From positions 1,113,272 through 1,145,271 of the forward strand of contig NZ_LT963434.1 in the NCBI RefSeq assembly GCF_900199515.1: a DNA stretch of 32,000 nucleotides, written 5' to 3'. The notes beneath the pieces were generated by a model. The model had not been told where the DNA came from. It saw only the letters and a program-made list of their open reading frames with translations, and made no database searches. Positions 17,660-26,678 of this stretch are shown here, piece by piece. Positions within the stretch are counted from its first letter, which is position 1. Each line of letters begins with the position of its first letter. The stretch is from Massilicoli timonensis. Its GTDB lineage: Bacteria > Bacillota_I > Bacilli_A > Erysipelotrichales > Erysipelotrichaceae. Made by a program: the position numbers and the translations under genes.

Positions 17660-18358
17660 CTAGCAATAAAATTCTTCCATCGTATCCAAACAGAGGCAAG
17701 CCAATGCGCCGTCTTGAAAACACGCACCGCAGTCGATGGCAATGAATTGATTATGATGAAAGATCTCCGCTTTCCCGCTGATTCCCAGTGTCGGCGTATG
17801 ACCGACGATCACGAAACGATCGGCTTCGTCAAAATAAGGAATCTCCCAATCCGGACGCTCCCAGATAAAATCGTTTACATCATAGTGAAAAAGCGGCTTA
17901 TCTTTTTGAAAATTCCCCAGTCCGGCGTGTACCAAAAGATAATACTTCCCGTTTACCGTAATTTCTTCATAAGCACTGAAATCCAGCAAATAATCCATGA
18001 TCGCCATGCGTTCTTCCAAAGACAATGCAAGCAGCTCTCGAATCGTCGGATAAGCGCCGTTATTGATCCAATCCGATAGTTTCATCAGTTGTTCTTCGTC
18101 GATCCTGCTTATAGACGCTTCACTGATTTCTTCCGACAGCCACTTCATACATTCTACGCACATCCATTCATGATTGCCAAATATCCCATGCACATTAGGA
18201 CGGCGCATCATGTCCTGCAATACTTTGATTGATCCATTTCCCCGATCAATGATATCTCCCAGTACATAAAGTGTATCCTGTTCATTAAAATCGATCAATT
18301 CCAACATTTCCTGATAACGATCAGCCATGCCATGTATATCGCTCATCACATAGATCAT
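17660..18358 (-). CDS. Metallophosphoesterase (PPP-family Ser/Thr phosphatase / ApaH-like), 232 aa
   Basis: Motifs DIHG, GDIIDRG, GNHE, VHAG and GHTP appear in canonical order. Confidence 0.85.
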   Translation of the reverse strand: MIYVMSDIHGMADRYQEMLELIDFNEQDTLYVLGDIIDRGNGSIKVLQDMMRRPNVHGIFGNHEWMCVECMKWLSEEISEASISRIDEEQLMKLSDWINNGAYPTIRELLALSLEERMAIMDYLLDFSAYEEITVNGKYYLLVHAGLGNFQKDKPLFHYDVNDFIWERPDWEIPYFDEADRFVIVGHTPTLGISGKAEIFHHNQFIAIDCGACFQDGALACLCLDTMEEFYC

Positions 18359-18437
18359 CTTGTTTGCCCCTTTCGCAATTTTTTCATATGGTATCTATGA
18401 TTATATCAAAAAACGGAAAGAATGCTGCTGTTTTTTA

Positions 18438-18466
18438 TTGACATTTCTCTCACTCTGTATTAAATT
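18438..18466 (+). promoter_or_regulatory. Promoter of the yhhQ-family gene
   Basis: TTGACA (18438-18443), 17-nt spacer, TAAATT (18461-18466). Confidence 0.5.
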
Positions 18467-18482
18467 TTAGAGGTTCGATTAA

Positions 18483-18524
18483 AACGATGTTTTACTTCCC
18501 AACCATCGTTAAAAAAACAGGAGG
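18483..18524 (+). ncRNA. Candidate preQ1-I (class I) riboswitch, translational type
   Basis: P1 is AACGAUG (18483-18489) / CAUCGUU (18504-18510). The loop UUUUACUUCCCAAC ends in AAC. The A-rich tail is AAAAAAAC, followed by AGGAGG. Loop CUUCC can pair with the SD GGAGG to form an H-type pseudoknot. The downstream gene family is a known preQ1-I regulon member. Confidence 0.5.
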
Positions 18525-18531
18525 AATGAAC

Positions 18532-19278
18532 ATGATCAACAAATTAAAATCAGAAATTCGGGAAATGAAACTCTTATTTCACAGTATTCCATCACTGATG
18601 ATGACCTTATTTATCGTATCGGTCATCGCCATGAATCTGCTTGCGAATAAAAGCATTCAACTGCCATGGGAGTTTCTTGCGCTGGACTGTGGGATCTTGA
18701 TCTCTTGGCTGTCTTTTCTCAGCATGGATGTCATTACCAAACATTTCGGTCCAAAAGCCGCCACACAGGCATCGATCGTAGCGGCGCTGATCAATCTCGG
18801 CATGTGTCTGATCTTTTTTATTGCCAGCCGCATTCCCGGCATTTGGTCGGAAAGCTATGTGCCCGGTATGGAAACCGTGATCAACCACAGCTTGGATGCG
18901 ACTTTCGGCGGTGTGTGGTATGTATTGCTTGGAAGTACGATTGCTTTTTTGATCTCTTCCATTGTCAATAATTATTCCAATGCCTTGATCGGTAAATTTT
19001 GTAAAGATCAAACCAGTTTCAAGACCTTTATGACGAGAACTTATATCTCAACGGCACTGGGGCAGTTTTGCGACAATTTATTGTTCGCGCTGATCGTCAG
19101 CCATCAGTTTTTCGGCTGGACCTTGTTGCAGTGCATCACCTGCGCCATCACCGGTATGCTTGTGGAACTGCTTTGTGAAGTGATCTTTGCTTATCCGGGT
19201 TATCGGATCTTGAAGAGCTGGCAAAAAGAGCAAGTTGGGAAAGCTTTTTTTGCGTATCAGGAGCAGAGGAAGCAGTGA
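18532..19278 (+). CDS. yhhQ: Queuosine precursor transporter (YhhQ/VUT family, DUF165), 248 aa
   Basis: A polytopic membrane protein whose sequence (..NLLANK..LDCGILISWLSFLSMDVITKHFG.. ..FCDNLLFALI..) resembles YhhQ. Start set at ATG 18532, 7 nt after AGGAGG. Confidence 0.8.
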   Translation: MINKLKSEIREMKLLFHSIPSLMMTLFIVSVIAMNLLANKSIQLPWEFLALDCGILISWLSFLSMDVITKHFGPKAATQASIVAALINLGMCLIFFIASRIPGIWSESYVPGMETVINHSLDATFGGVWYVLLGSTIAFLISSIVNNYSNALIGKFCKDQTSFKTFMTRTYISTALGQFCDNLLFALIVSHQFFGWTLLQCITCAITGMLVELLCEVIFAYPGYRILKSWQKEQVGKAFFAYQEQRKQ

Positions 19279-19399
19279 TCAAAAAGAAGATTTTAATAGG
19301 ATAGAGGAATAAATTTTCTCATTTATTGCCCTCTCACTTACCATACGTACAGGCAAGGTATGCGGCTCTACATTTATATCCAAACTCTTAAGACAGCAA

Positions 19400-19654
19400 T
19401 TAAGGGGATGGACCAATTTTGGTCTGTCCCCTTTCTTTATGCCTAGAATTGTTGGTGATGGTGTCAAATTCGTTTCCTGCATTCCACTTCTTCCATTGCC
19501 ATATATGCGCTGCGCTTTGGTCGAAAACCATTGCTGAGTTTGTTAAAAATTGGTTCATAGATTGTCGTTCGTATTTGTGATATGGCTTGTGGTCCCTGCA
19601 CATATTAAAGTAAGGCGTCGCACATTTACGACATCTTATCTTGCAATCCGTATG
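19400..19654 (-). pseudogene. Possible relic of a DDE transposase C-terminus (IS30-like)
   Basis: The minus-frame translation ..TPYFNMCRDHKPYHKYERQSMNQFLTN...ITNNSRHKERGQTKIGPSP loosely parallels the IS30-family C-terminal motifs PYhsWERGsNENxNG and NNRPRKxLG. No N-terminal part and no inverted repeats were seen. Confidence 0.25.
19402..19440 (+). terminator. Intrinsic terminator downstream of yhhQ
   Basis: AAGGGGATGGACC (19402-19414) / GGTCTGTCCCCTT (19421-19433), 11 of 13 paired, loop AATTTT, then TCTTTAT. Confidence 0.5.
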
Positions 19655-19657
19655 TAT

Positions 19658-20419
19658 TTATAACTCTATACCGTAGCACTGTAATAGTAACTCCAGCATT
19701 TCCCCTTTGCTTTTCCCACGAATCCCCAAAGCCTTCATATCTATATCTTCATTTCTCATTTCTGTTAAAAACAGCCTCATATCCGTTGCTATTTCCGAAC
19801 TCAGCATTTGTCTTGTATCTGCTGTAATCAACTGCGCAAGTCGAAATACATCATTTTTATGCTTTTTGATATTTTTACTGTCTACCGATTCCCCATTCGC
19901 TTTTCTCTCACTCAAATCAAGCCATGCTTTTGCCTTGAACGGAATCAGACAGGTTTCTTTTAGAACCGAAATCCCGTCAATATTTACCTGCCCCGATTTA
20001 AGCAGCTCATAATAGGCTTCATTTAAGAGTATCGCTGAAAGGCTGGATATGGATTCATCTATTGGTAATGGGGTAAGTAGCGCATCTTCATCAAGCGTGA
20101 TAAATTCCGGATTCCTCGAAAAAAGCTCTATCATATACGGATAATCTTTACTACGTGGAGATGTAAATCGATAAAACTGTGCTTCTCCACTGCTTTTATT
20201 CTTGTGTTCATATCCGGCTTCTATGATGTACTCCCAAAACTGCTTTCCAAACTCTGCTGTTATAGCCTCCACAATCAGAACAATATCAATATCCTTTGTT
20301 GCTCGAAATGGGAGTTCTTCGTTTTCCATAATCAGGTCGCACGCTGTTCCACCTATTACAACGTATTCATTTTCAAATCCTTGAAATTTCTCTTTGAATG
20401 TCGTTAACCCCGTAATCAT
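19658..20419 (-). CDS. Nucleotidyltransferase, AbiEii/AbiGii (DUF1814-like) toxin family, 253 aa
   Basis: N-terminal Pol-beta-type NTase motif VVIGGTACDL...RATKDIDIVL. C-terminal KKHKNDVFRLAQL is analogous to the AbiEii K.RD..DL motif. The start abuts the stop of the upstream gene (20419/20420). Confidence 0.7.
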   Translation of the reverse strand: MITGLTTFKEKFQGFENEYVVIGGTACDLIMENEELPFRATKDIDIVLIVEAITAEFGKQFWEYIIEAGYEHKNKSSGEAQFYRFTSPRSKDYPYMIELFSRNPEFITLDEDALLTPLPIDESISSLSAILLNEAYYELLKSGQVNIDGISVLKETCLIPFKAKAWLDLSERKANGESVDSKNIKKHKNDVFRLAQLITADTRQMLSSEIATDMRLFLTEMRNEDIDMKALGIRGKSKGEMLELLLQCYGIEL

Positions 20420-21352
20420 TTATCTTTCAAGCTCCTTTTCCAATAATACCTCTATCGCTTCTTCTATTCTTTCATCTTCACTGTCAATGAGAGAAATTGC
20501 AACGGATAAACTGTCAGCCGCAGAATCACTTGTAAACTGTTTCGGATCGTATTCCCATACTTCAAGACGGATCTGCTTGTCAGGGTCTACTAATTCTGTC
20601 AATAGTTGCTTTTTATCAAACGATTTATGATAGATGGCATAGGTTAAAACTCTGCTCGGATTCAGCATTGTCTTTTCTGATAATGCGGTTTCCCCGGCAA
20701 ACACCATATCCTCTGTCACATTGGATTTTTCCAAATATCCGGCAATACGGACCGGACTCAAAAAATATCTTTTTATTTTTTCAAACAGTTCTTTCTTTTC
20801 ATACTTGGCTTCAATAACTTTATTTACACCATCTTTTGTGACCTTAAATAAACCGATCAATTCTAACTGTTTTACTGCTCTGCTTAATGTCATAGCAGTA
20901 AACGGAAGTATTCTTGTTGCTTCAGCCATATATAATCTTTGTTTACCGCAATAGAAATAAAGAAGGACCAACTGCTGTGTGGAATACATAAATTTCTCTA
21001 CTTCTTTTTCAGGCTCTTTTTGCTCTACCAAAAGTGTCCCCATAAAAGGCAGATATACTTGTTTGTCTGTAATGAATGGTATTCTGTTTTCGATCAGTTT
21101 TTTTCTTCTGTAAGAAGATACTGTCGGTAATACCAATACAACCGGAACATGATCCACTTCCTGAATCCTTTTCATGTGTTTTTTCAATGCCGGAAGCGTT
21201 GCAAGTTCTTCTTTTACTGTCAGCATAATGCATTTCTGCGTGTCGATCACTGCAGCTTGAAAATCATATCTTTCGATAAGATACAAAGGCAGGGAATTCT
21301 CCTTATTCCATTGTTCATACTTTACTGGTATGCCGAATATACTTGTGAGCAT
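20420..21352 (-). CDS. wHTH-containing partner of the NTase (putative AbiEi-like antitoxin/autoregulator, atypical architecture), 310 aa
   Basis: Central MarR-like winged helix (LYMAEATRILPFTAMTLSRAVKQLELIGLFKVTKDG, about aa 135-180). It is flanked by an N-terminal domain of about 125 aa that I do not recognise and an acidic C-terminal domain of about 130 aa. It is coupled to the NTase gene, and a palindromic operator sits in its promoter. Confidence 0.5.
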   Translation of the reverse strand: MLTSIFGIPVKYEQWNKENSLPLYLIERYDFQAAVIDTQKCIMLTVKEELATLPALKKHMKRIQEVDHVPVVLVLPTVSSYRRKKLIENRIPFITDKQVYLPFMGTLLVEQKEPEKEVEKFMYSTQQLVLLYFYCGKQRLYMAEATRILPFTAMTLSRAVKQLELIGLFKVTKDGVNKVIEAKYEKKELFEKIKRYFLSPVRIAGYLEKSNVTEDMVFAGETALSEKTMLNPSRVLTYAIYHKSFDKKQLLTELVDPDKQIRLEVWEYDPKQFTSDSAADSLSVAISLIDSEDERIEEAIEVLLEKELER

Positions 21353-21386
21353 TTTGATCGCACCTCTTTTTAACTTTTACTTTTTT

Positions 21387-21415
21387 ATTTTAACTTTCTA
21401 AAAGTTAAAAGTCAA
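21387..21415 (-). promoter_or_regulatory. Promoter with embedded palindromic operator for the wHTH-NTase operon
   Basis: Minus strand: TTGACT (21415-21410), 17-nt spacer, TAAAAT (21392-21387). The perfect inverted repeat TTTTAACTTT-cta-AAAGTTAAAA (21388-21410) spans the 17-nt spacer and overlaps the -10 hexamer and the first base of the -35. A third TTTTAACTTTT copy lies at 21367-21377. Confidence 0.6.
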
Positions 21416-21549
21416 TATTTTTAGTTAAATCCATAACGAAAACGCTGAATTTCCAAAAATGAGATGCCGCAAATCTACAGCCCTTTAACAACTATCTATC
21501 AAATGATTCTACTTTGCTGCATCGAAACGTATGCTATGCCCGACATAGC

Positions 21550-21600
21550 AAAAAAATAGCGGCACGCCTTATAGGAAGCACCGCTTTTGTTTGGTTTTTC
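21550..21600. terminator. Bidirectional intrinsic terminator downstream of lysS
   Basis: AGCGGCAC (21558-21565) / GCACCGCT (21578-21585); on the minus-strand transcript the 8-bp stem includes two G-U pairs, and on the plus-strand RNA the same two positions are C-A mismatches, so plus-strand folding is weaker. An A7 run lies on one side and TTTTGTTTGGTTTTT on the other. Confidence 0.6.
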
Positions 21601-21602
21601 TA

Positions 21603-23534
<1,932 letters not shown>

Positions 23535-23542
23535 TTACGTTT

Positions 23543-23800
23543 ACAAAACAAAAACTCTCCTCCACATAGGGACGAGAGTTACATCGTGGTACCACCCTAA
23601 TTCGCCATACCGTTGCCGATATCGCCTTTGTGACATGCCCTTCTTTCAAAGCAAGCCGGTTCGTAACGTGAACGACACGTCCTTTCGGATCACTCCGGGC
23701 CTTTGATTCGCCAACGCATCCACGATTCCTTCACACCGACCGGAACTCTCTTTGCGCTTATGATACGAGGCTACTGCTCCCTTCAACGTTTTCTTGATTA
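23543..23800 (-). promoter_or_regulatory. T-box riboswitch leader (lysine-specific) controlling lysS
   Basis: The minus strand carries the canonical T-box AATTAGGGTGGTACCACG (reverse complement of 23585-23602). A terminator follows: AACTCTC...GAGAGTT + TTTTTGTTTT (23543-23580). An AGAGAG GA-motif opens Stem I. The candidate specifier loop CCGAAAGGAC (reverse complement of about 23679-23688) offers AAA or AAG (both Lys), each followed by a purine. Confidence 0.85.
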
Positions 23801-23807
23801 CGGTATG

Positions 23808-23836
23808 ATTATATAGACAAACCGATTGCTTGTCAA
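23808..23836 (-). promoter_or_regulatory. Consensus sigma-A promoter of the lysS T-box leader
   Basis: Minus strand: TTGACA (23836-23831), 17-nt spacer, TATAAT (23813-23808). It lies immediately after the dusB stop. Confidence 0.75.
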
Positions 23837-24841
23837 TCACATTTTCGCTTTCTTCTCGTTTTCCTGTTCTTTCGCATAATCACCTAAGATCTGTTCCAGC
23901 TCTACCATGCTTTCGATCTTCGCTAAACGATCCTTGAGACGATGGCTGTTCGGTAAGCCTTTCACATACCACGCCGCATGTCCCCGCATTTCTCTGATGC
24001 CGACATATTCCCCTTTCAGATCGACCAAACGTCGGGCATGTTCCTTTGCCAAGGAAAATTTTTCTTCCATCGCCGCGTTTGGCAGTTCTTCTCCGCTTTC
24101 CAAAGCATGCACACACTGTCTGATCAGCCAAGGATCGCCCAGTACCCCTCTGCCGATCATGACCGCATCACAGCCGGTTTCTTCTAACATGCGTTGGGCA
24201 TCTTGGGGCGTATGGATATCACCGTTGCCGATCACCGGAATGTGCAGCGCTTCTTTGACCGCTTTGATATAGCGCCAATCGCTGTGTCCTTCGTACATCT
24301 GTTTGCGCGTGCGCGCATGTACCGCGACCGCACTTGCCCCTGCCGCTTCCATCGCCAATGCAAATGGCACTGCGTTGATACAGGTTTCATCCCAACCGAT
24401 GCGCATTTTTACGGTTACCGGCTTTTTTACCACCGCCACTACCGCGCTTACGATCTTTGCCGCATGCTCTGGGTCTTTCATCAATGCGCTGCCTGCTCCT
24501 GCCTTTACTACTTTATTGACCGGACATCCCATATTGATATCGATGATATCACAATCCGTTTCCTGATCTAACAGCTTCGCCGCATACACCATGCTTTCCA
24601 CATCACTGCCAAAGATCTGCATCGCGAGCGGATGTTCTTCCTTTAAGGTCTGGGTCATGCCAAGCGTCTTTACATTTTGATAATAAAGCGCCTTGTCCGA
24701 TACCATTTCCGTATAGATCAGCCCGGCACCGAATTCCTTGCAGATATAACGAAAGGCTTGATTGGAAATGCCTGCCATCGGTGCGATCACCACTCTGTTT
24801 GCGATCGTAACATCGCCGATCTTCCAGCTGTTATTTTTCAT
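23837..24841 (-). CDS. dusB: tRNA-dihydrouridine synthase B, 334 aa
   Basis: VVIAPMAGISNQAFRYICKEFGAGLIYTEMVS, DINMGCP (catalytic Cys), and the TIM-barrel FMN motifs VTVKMRIGWD and HARTR. The start overlaps the hslO stop by 11 nt. Confidence 0.92.
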   Translation of the reverse strand: MKNNSWKIGDVTIANRVVIAPMAGISNQAFRYICKEFGAGLIYTEMVSDKALYYQNVKTLGMTQTLKEEHPLAMQIFGSDVESMVYAAKLLDQETDCDIIDINMGCPVNKVVKAGAGSALMKDPEHAAKIVSAVVAVVKKPVTVKMRIGWDETCINAVPFALAMEAAGASAVAVHARTRKQMYEGHSDWRYIKAVKEALHIPVIGNGDIHTPQDAQRMLEETGCDAVMIGRGVLGDPWLIRQCVHALESGEELPNAAMEEKFSLAKEHARRLVDLKGEYVGIREMRGHAAWYVKGLPNSHRLKDRLAKIESMVELEQILGDYAKEQENEKKAKM

Positions 24842-25718
24842 AACGCTCTAAAAAGTCCTCCAGCTCCCGCAGTTCTGCTTCACTTAACTGATAAGTGGAA
24901 TTACAGAAATGACAGGTTACCTCACAGCCGTGATCCTCATGAATCATCGCCAGCCGCTCCTCCTTCGGTAAAGTGGTGATCATGCGTTTGATCGTTGCTT
25001 TGGAACAGTGACAGCGAAATTCCACCGGCATTTCTTCTAAGATCTCTACATCATCATAAAGAGAAGAAACGATTTCTCTTAGACTTTCTTTTTCATTGAT
25101 CAAAGTAGACATCGGCGGCAGTGTTTTTAATAATGCTTCGGTTTTTACGATATCTTCTTCTGTCGCATCCGGCATCATCTGAATCAGTAAACCGCCGGCT
25201 GCCTGTACCTGATGATCCGGATTTACCAACACACCCAGTGATACGGCCGAAGGGGTTTGTTCACTCACGGTAAAGTAATAGGCAAAATCCTCGCCGATCT
25301 CACCGCTTTGCAAAGCCACTTTCCCGCTCCAGTTGTCTTTCATGCCGAAGTCCTTGATCACTTCTAAATAGCCGTCCTTGCCAACTGCAATACCGACCGC
25401 AAGCTTTCCGGTATCATTATATTGATAGTGCACATGCGGTTCTCCGACAAATCCGCGCACATGCCCATCGCTGTAAGCGTCTACCATGATCGTTCCGATC
25501 GGACCATTGCCGTTGATCTGAATGGTAAGCTGTTCCTTATCGCTTTTCAACATGCTGCCCATCATGACGCCCACGCTCAGCGTACGCCCCAGCGCCGCGC
25601 TGGCAGTCGGCCATAAATCATGACGTTTTCGCGCTTCATCGACCAGTGCCGTCGTTGCACAAAGATAAATGCGAACCCGTTTGTCGCAAGCCAATGCCTT
25701 TATCAATCCATCTTTCAT
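24831..25718 (-). CDS. hslO: 33-kDa redox-regulated chaperonin Hsp33, 295 aa
   Basis: Hsp33 fold signature, with the C-terminal zinc centre CHCS...(28 aa)...CHFC. AAAGGAG RBS. Confidence 0.93.
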   Translation of the reverse strand: MKDGLIKALACDKRVRIYLCATTALVDEARKRHDLWPTASAALGRTLSVGVMMGSMLKSDKEQLTIQINGNGPIGTIMVDAYSDGHVRGFVGEPHVHYQYNDTGKLAVGIAVGKDGYLEVIKDFGMKDNWSGKVALQSGEIGEDFAYYFTVSEQTPSAVSLGVLVNPDHQVQAAGGLLIQMMPDATEEDIVKTEALLKTLPPMSTLINEKESLREIVSSLYDDVEILEEMPVEFRCHCSKATIKRMITTLPKEERLAMIHEDHGCEVTCHFCNSTYQLSEAELRELEDFLERYEK

Positions 25719-25798
25719 GTTTTTGCTCCTTTCCTGCTTCTTTCTTGATTTCCACTATACCAACCGATCATGCGATCTATTGATTCTGATAGAATGAT

Positions 25799-26638
25799 CT
25801 ACACGTCTTTCGTATTTACTAATAAATGAATGATCCCATACAGCACCCACAGCACGATGCCGATGCCTGCCGCATAGGCACTGCAGCGAAACAGCGCTTC
25901 GCTGATAGTTCCCGCAAAATCGAGAATGAGCGTATCATGATAACGCAAACGCAGCGCCTGTTCTCCTATAAATCCGCTGCCTGCCAAAAGAAGCGCACCC
26001 AGCAGAAATGCGGTTTTCCCATATTTCATCCAGCGATAAAAGGAAAGCGTACCGATCAGAATCAGCATTGATCCGATACCGCCGATCACCAAAGCGAGCA
26101 GTGCCACATTTCCTTCATAGAAAAAGCCGATCCACCGTATCGCCTGCTGATAGGATGCGGGCATGGTTGTTTTGATCTGTAAAAGCTGTGCCTCATACGC
26201 CGCTTCCACATCCAGCACATCGGCAAGATTGCTCAGCCAAGTATGTGTTTCTGCCCTGCTCATGACATACTGCGTTGCCAAATAGATCACATCTTCCTGT
26301 TCTAAGAGCAGTGCTTTTATGTCCTCATTCAGATGCAGATCGACTATTTCATCTGTAATCAGGGAACGAATGGTCTGATTGGTGTAAGTTTCTAACCGTG
26401 CAGCGATTCGTTCATCTTGAAAGACCGCCTTCATCGCCTGTTCCAGCGGTGGGCGAATACTTGGATCAACTGCAAGCGCATCTAAAGAACGTGCGATGAT
26501 CTCACCGTTTTGCAGTTCTTTTACTAATGTGTGTGAAAAATCCTGCTTCATGAATGATTCCGCGCTCTTTCCAAGTCCAAATAAGACCACACCGATACAA
26601 AGCAGCACGGTGCCGATCATAATCCCTAATCTCTTCAT
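25799..26638 (-). CDS. Hypothetical membrane protein, 279 aa
   Basis: N-terminal TM (LGIMIGTVLLCIGVVLFGL), a helical soluble region of about 150 aa, then 3-4 C-terminal TMs. Start set at ATG 26638 (MKRLGIM) after GGAAGGGA. I recognise no family. Confidence 0.55.
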   Translation of the reverse strand: MKRLGIMIGTVLLCIGVVLFGLGKSAESFMKQDFSHTLVKELQNGEIIARSLDALAVDPSIRPPLEQAMKAVFQDERIAARLETYTNQTIRSLITDEIVDLHLNEDIKALLLEQEDVIYLATQYVMSRAETHTWLSNLADVLDVEAAYEAQLLQIKTTMPASYQQAIRWIGFFYEGNVALLALVIGGIGSMLILIGTLSFYRWMKYGKTAFLLGALLLAGSGFIGEQALRLRYHDTLILDFAGTISEALFRCSAYAAGIGIVLWVLYGIIHLLVNTKDV

Positions 26639-26651
26639 CTGTTTCCCTTCC

Positions 26652-26678
26652 TGTAAAAAGAGTAGGCACACCTACTCT
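26652..26678 (-). terminator. Terminator-like hairpin overlapping the ftsH stop codon
   Basis: AGAGTAGG (26659-26666) / CCTACTCT (26671-26678), loop CACA, followed on the minus strand by TTTTTA. The ftsH TAG (26672-26674) lies inside the stem. Confidence 0.45.

Noticed and set aside
18470-18480. GGTTCGATT string resembling a tRNA T-arm
   Set aside because: There is no acceptor, D or anticodon stem around it. It lies in the yhhQ leader, just upstream of the candidate preQ1-I riboswitch hairpin.
16598-21600. Treating recombinase-to-AbiE (16.6-21.6 kb) as one integrated mobile element
   Set aside because: I found no flanking direct repeats, att-like sequences or tRNA target. The genes have independent promoters and terminators and mixed strands, and yhhQ and the phosphatase look like ordinary chromosomal genes.
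23646-23840. 64-aa minus-strand ORF between dusB and lysS
   Set aside because: It lies within the T-box leader RNA (Stem I to the specifier region), and the T-box riboswitch fully explains the region.
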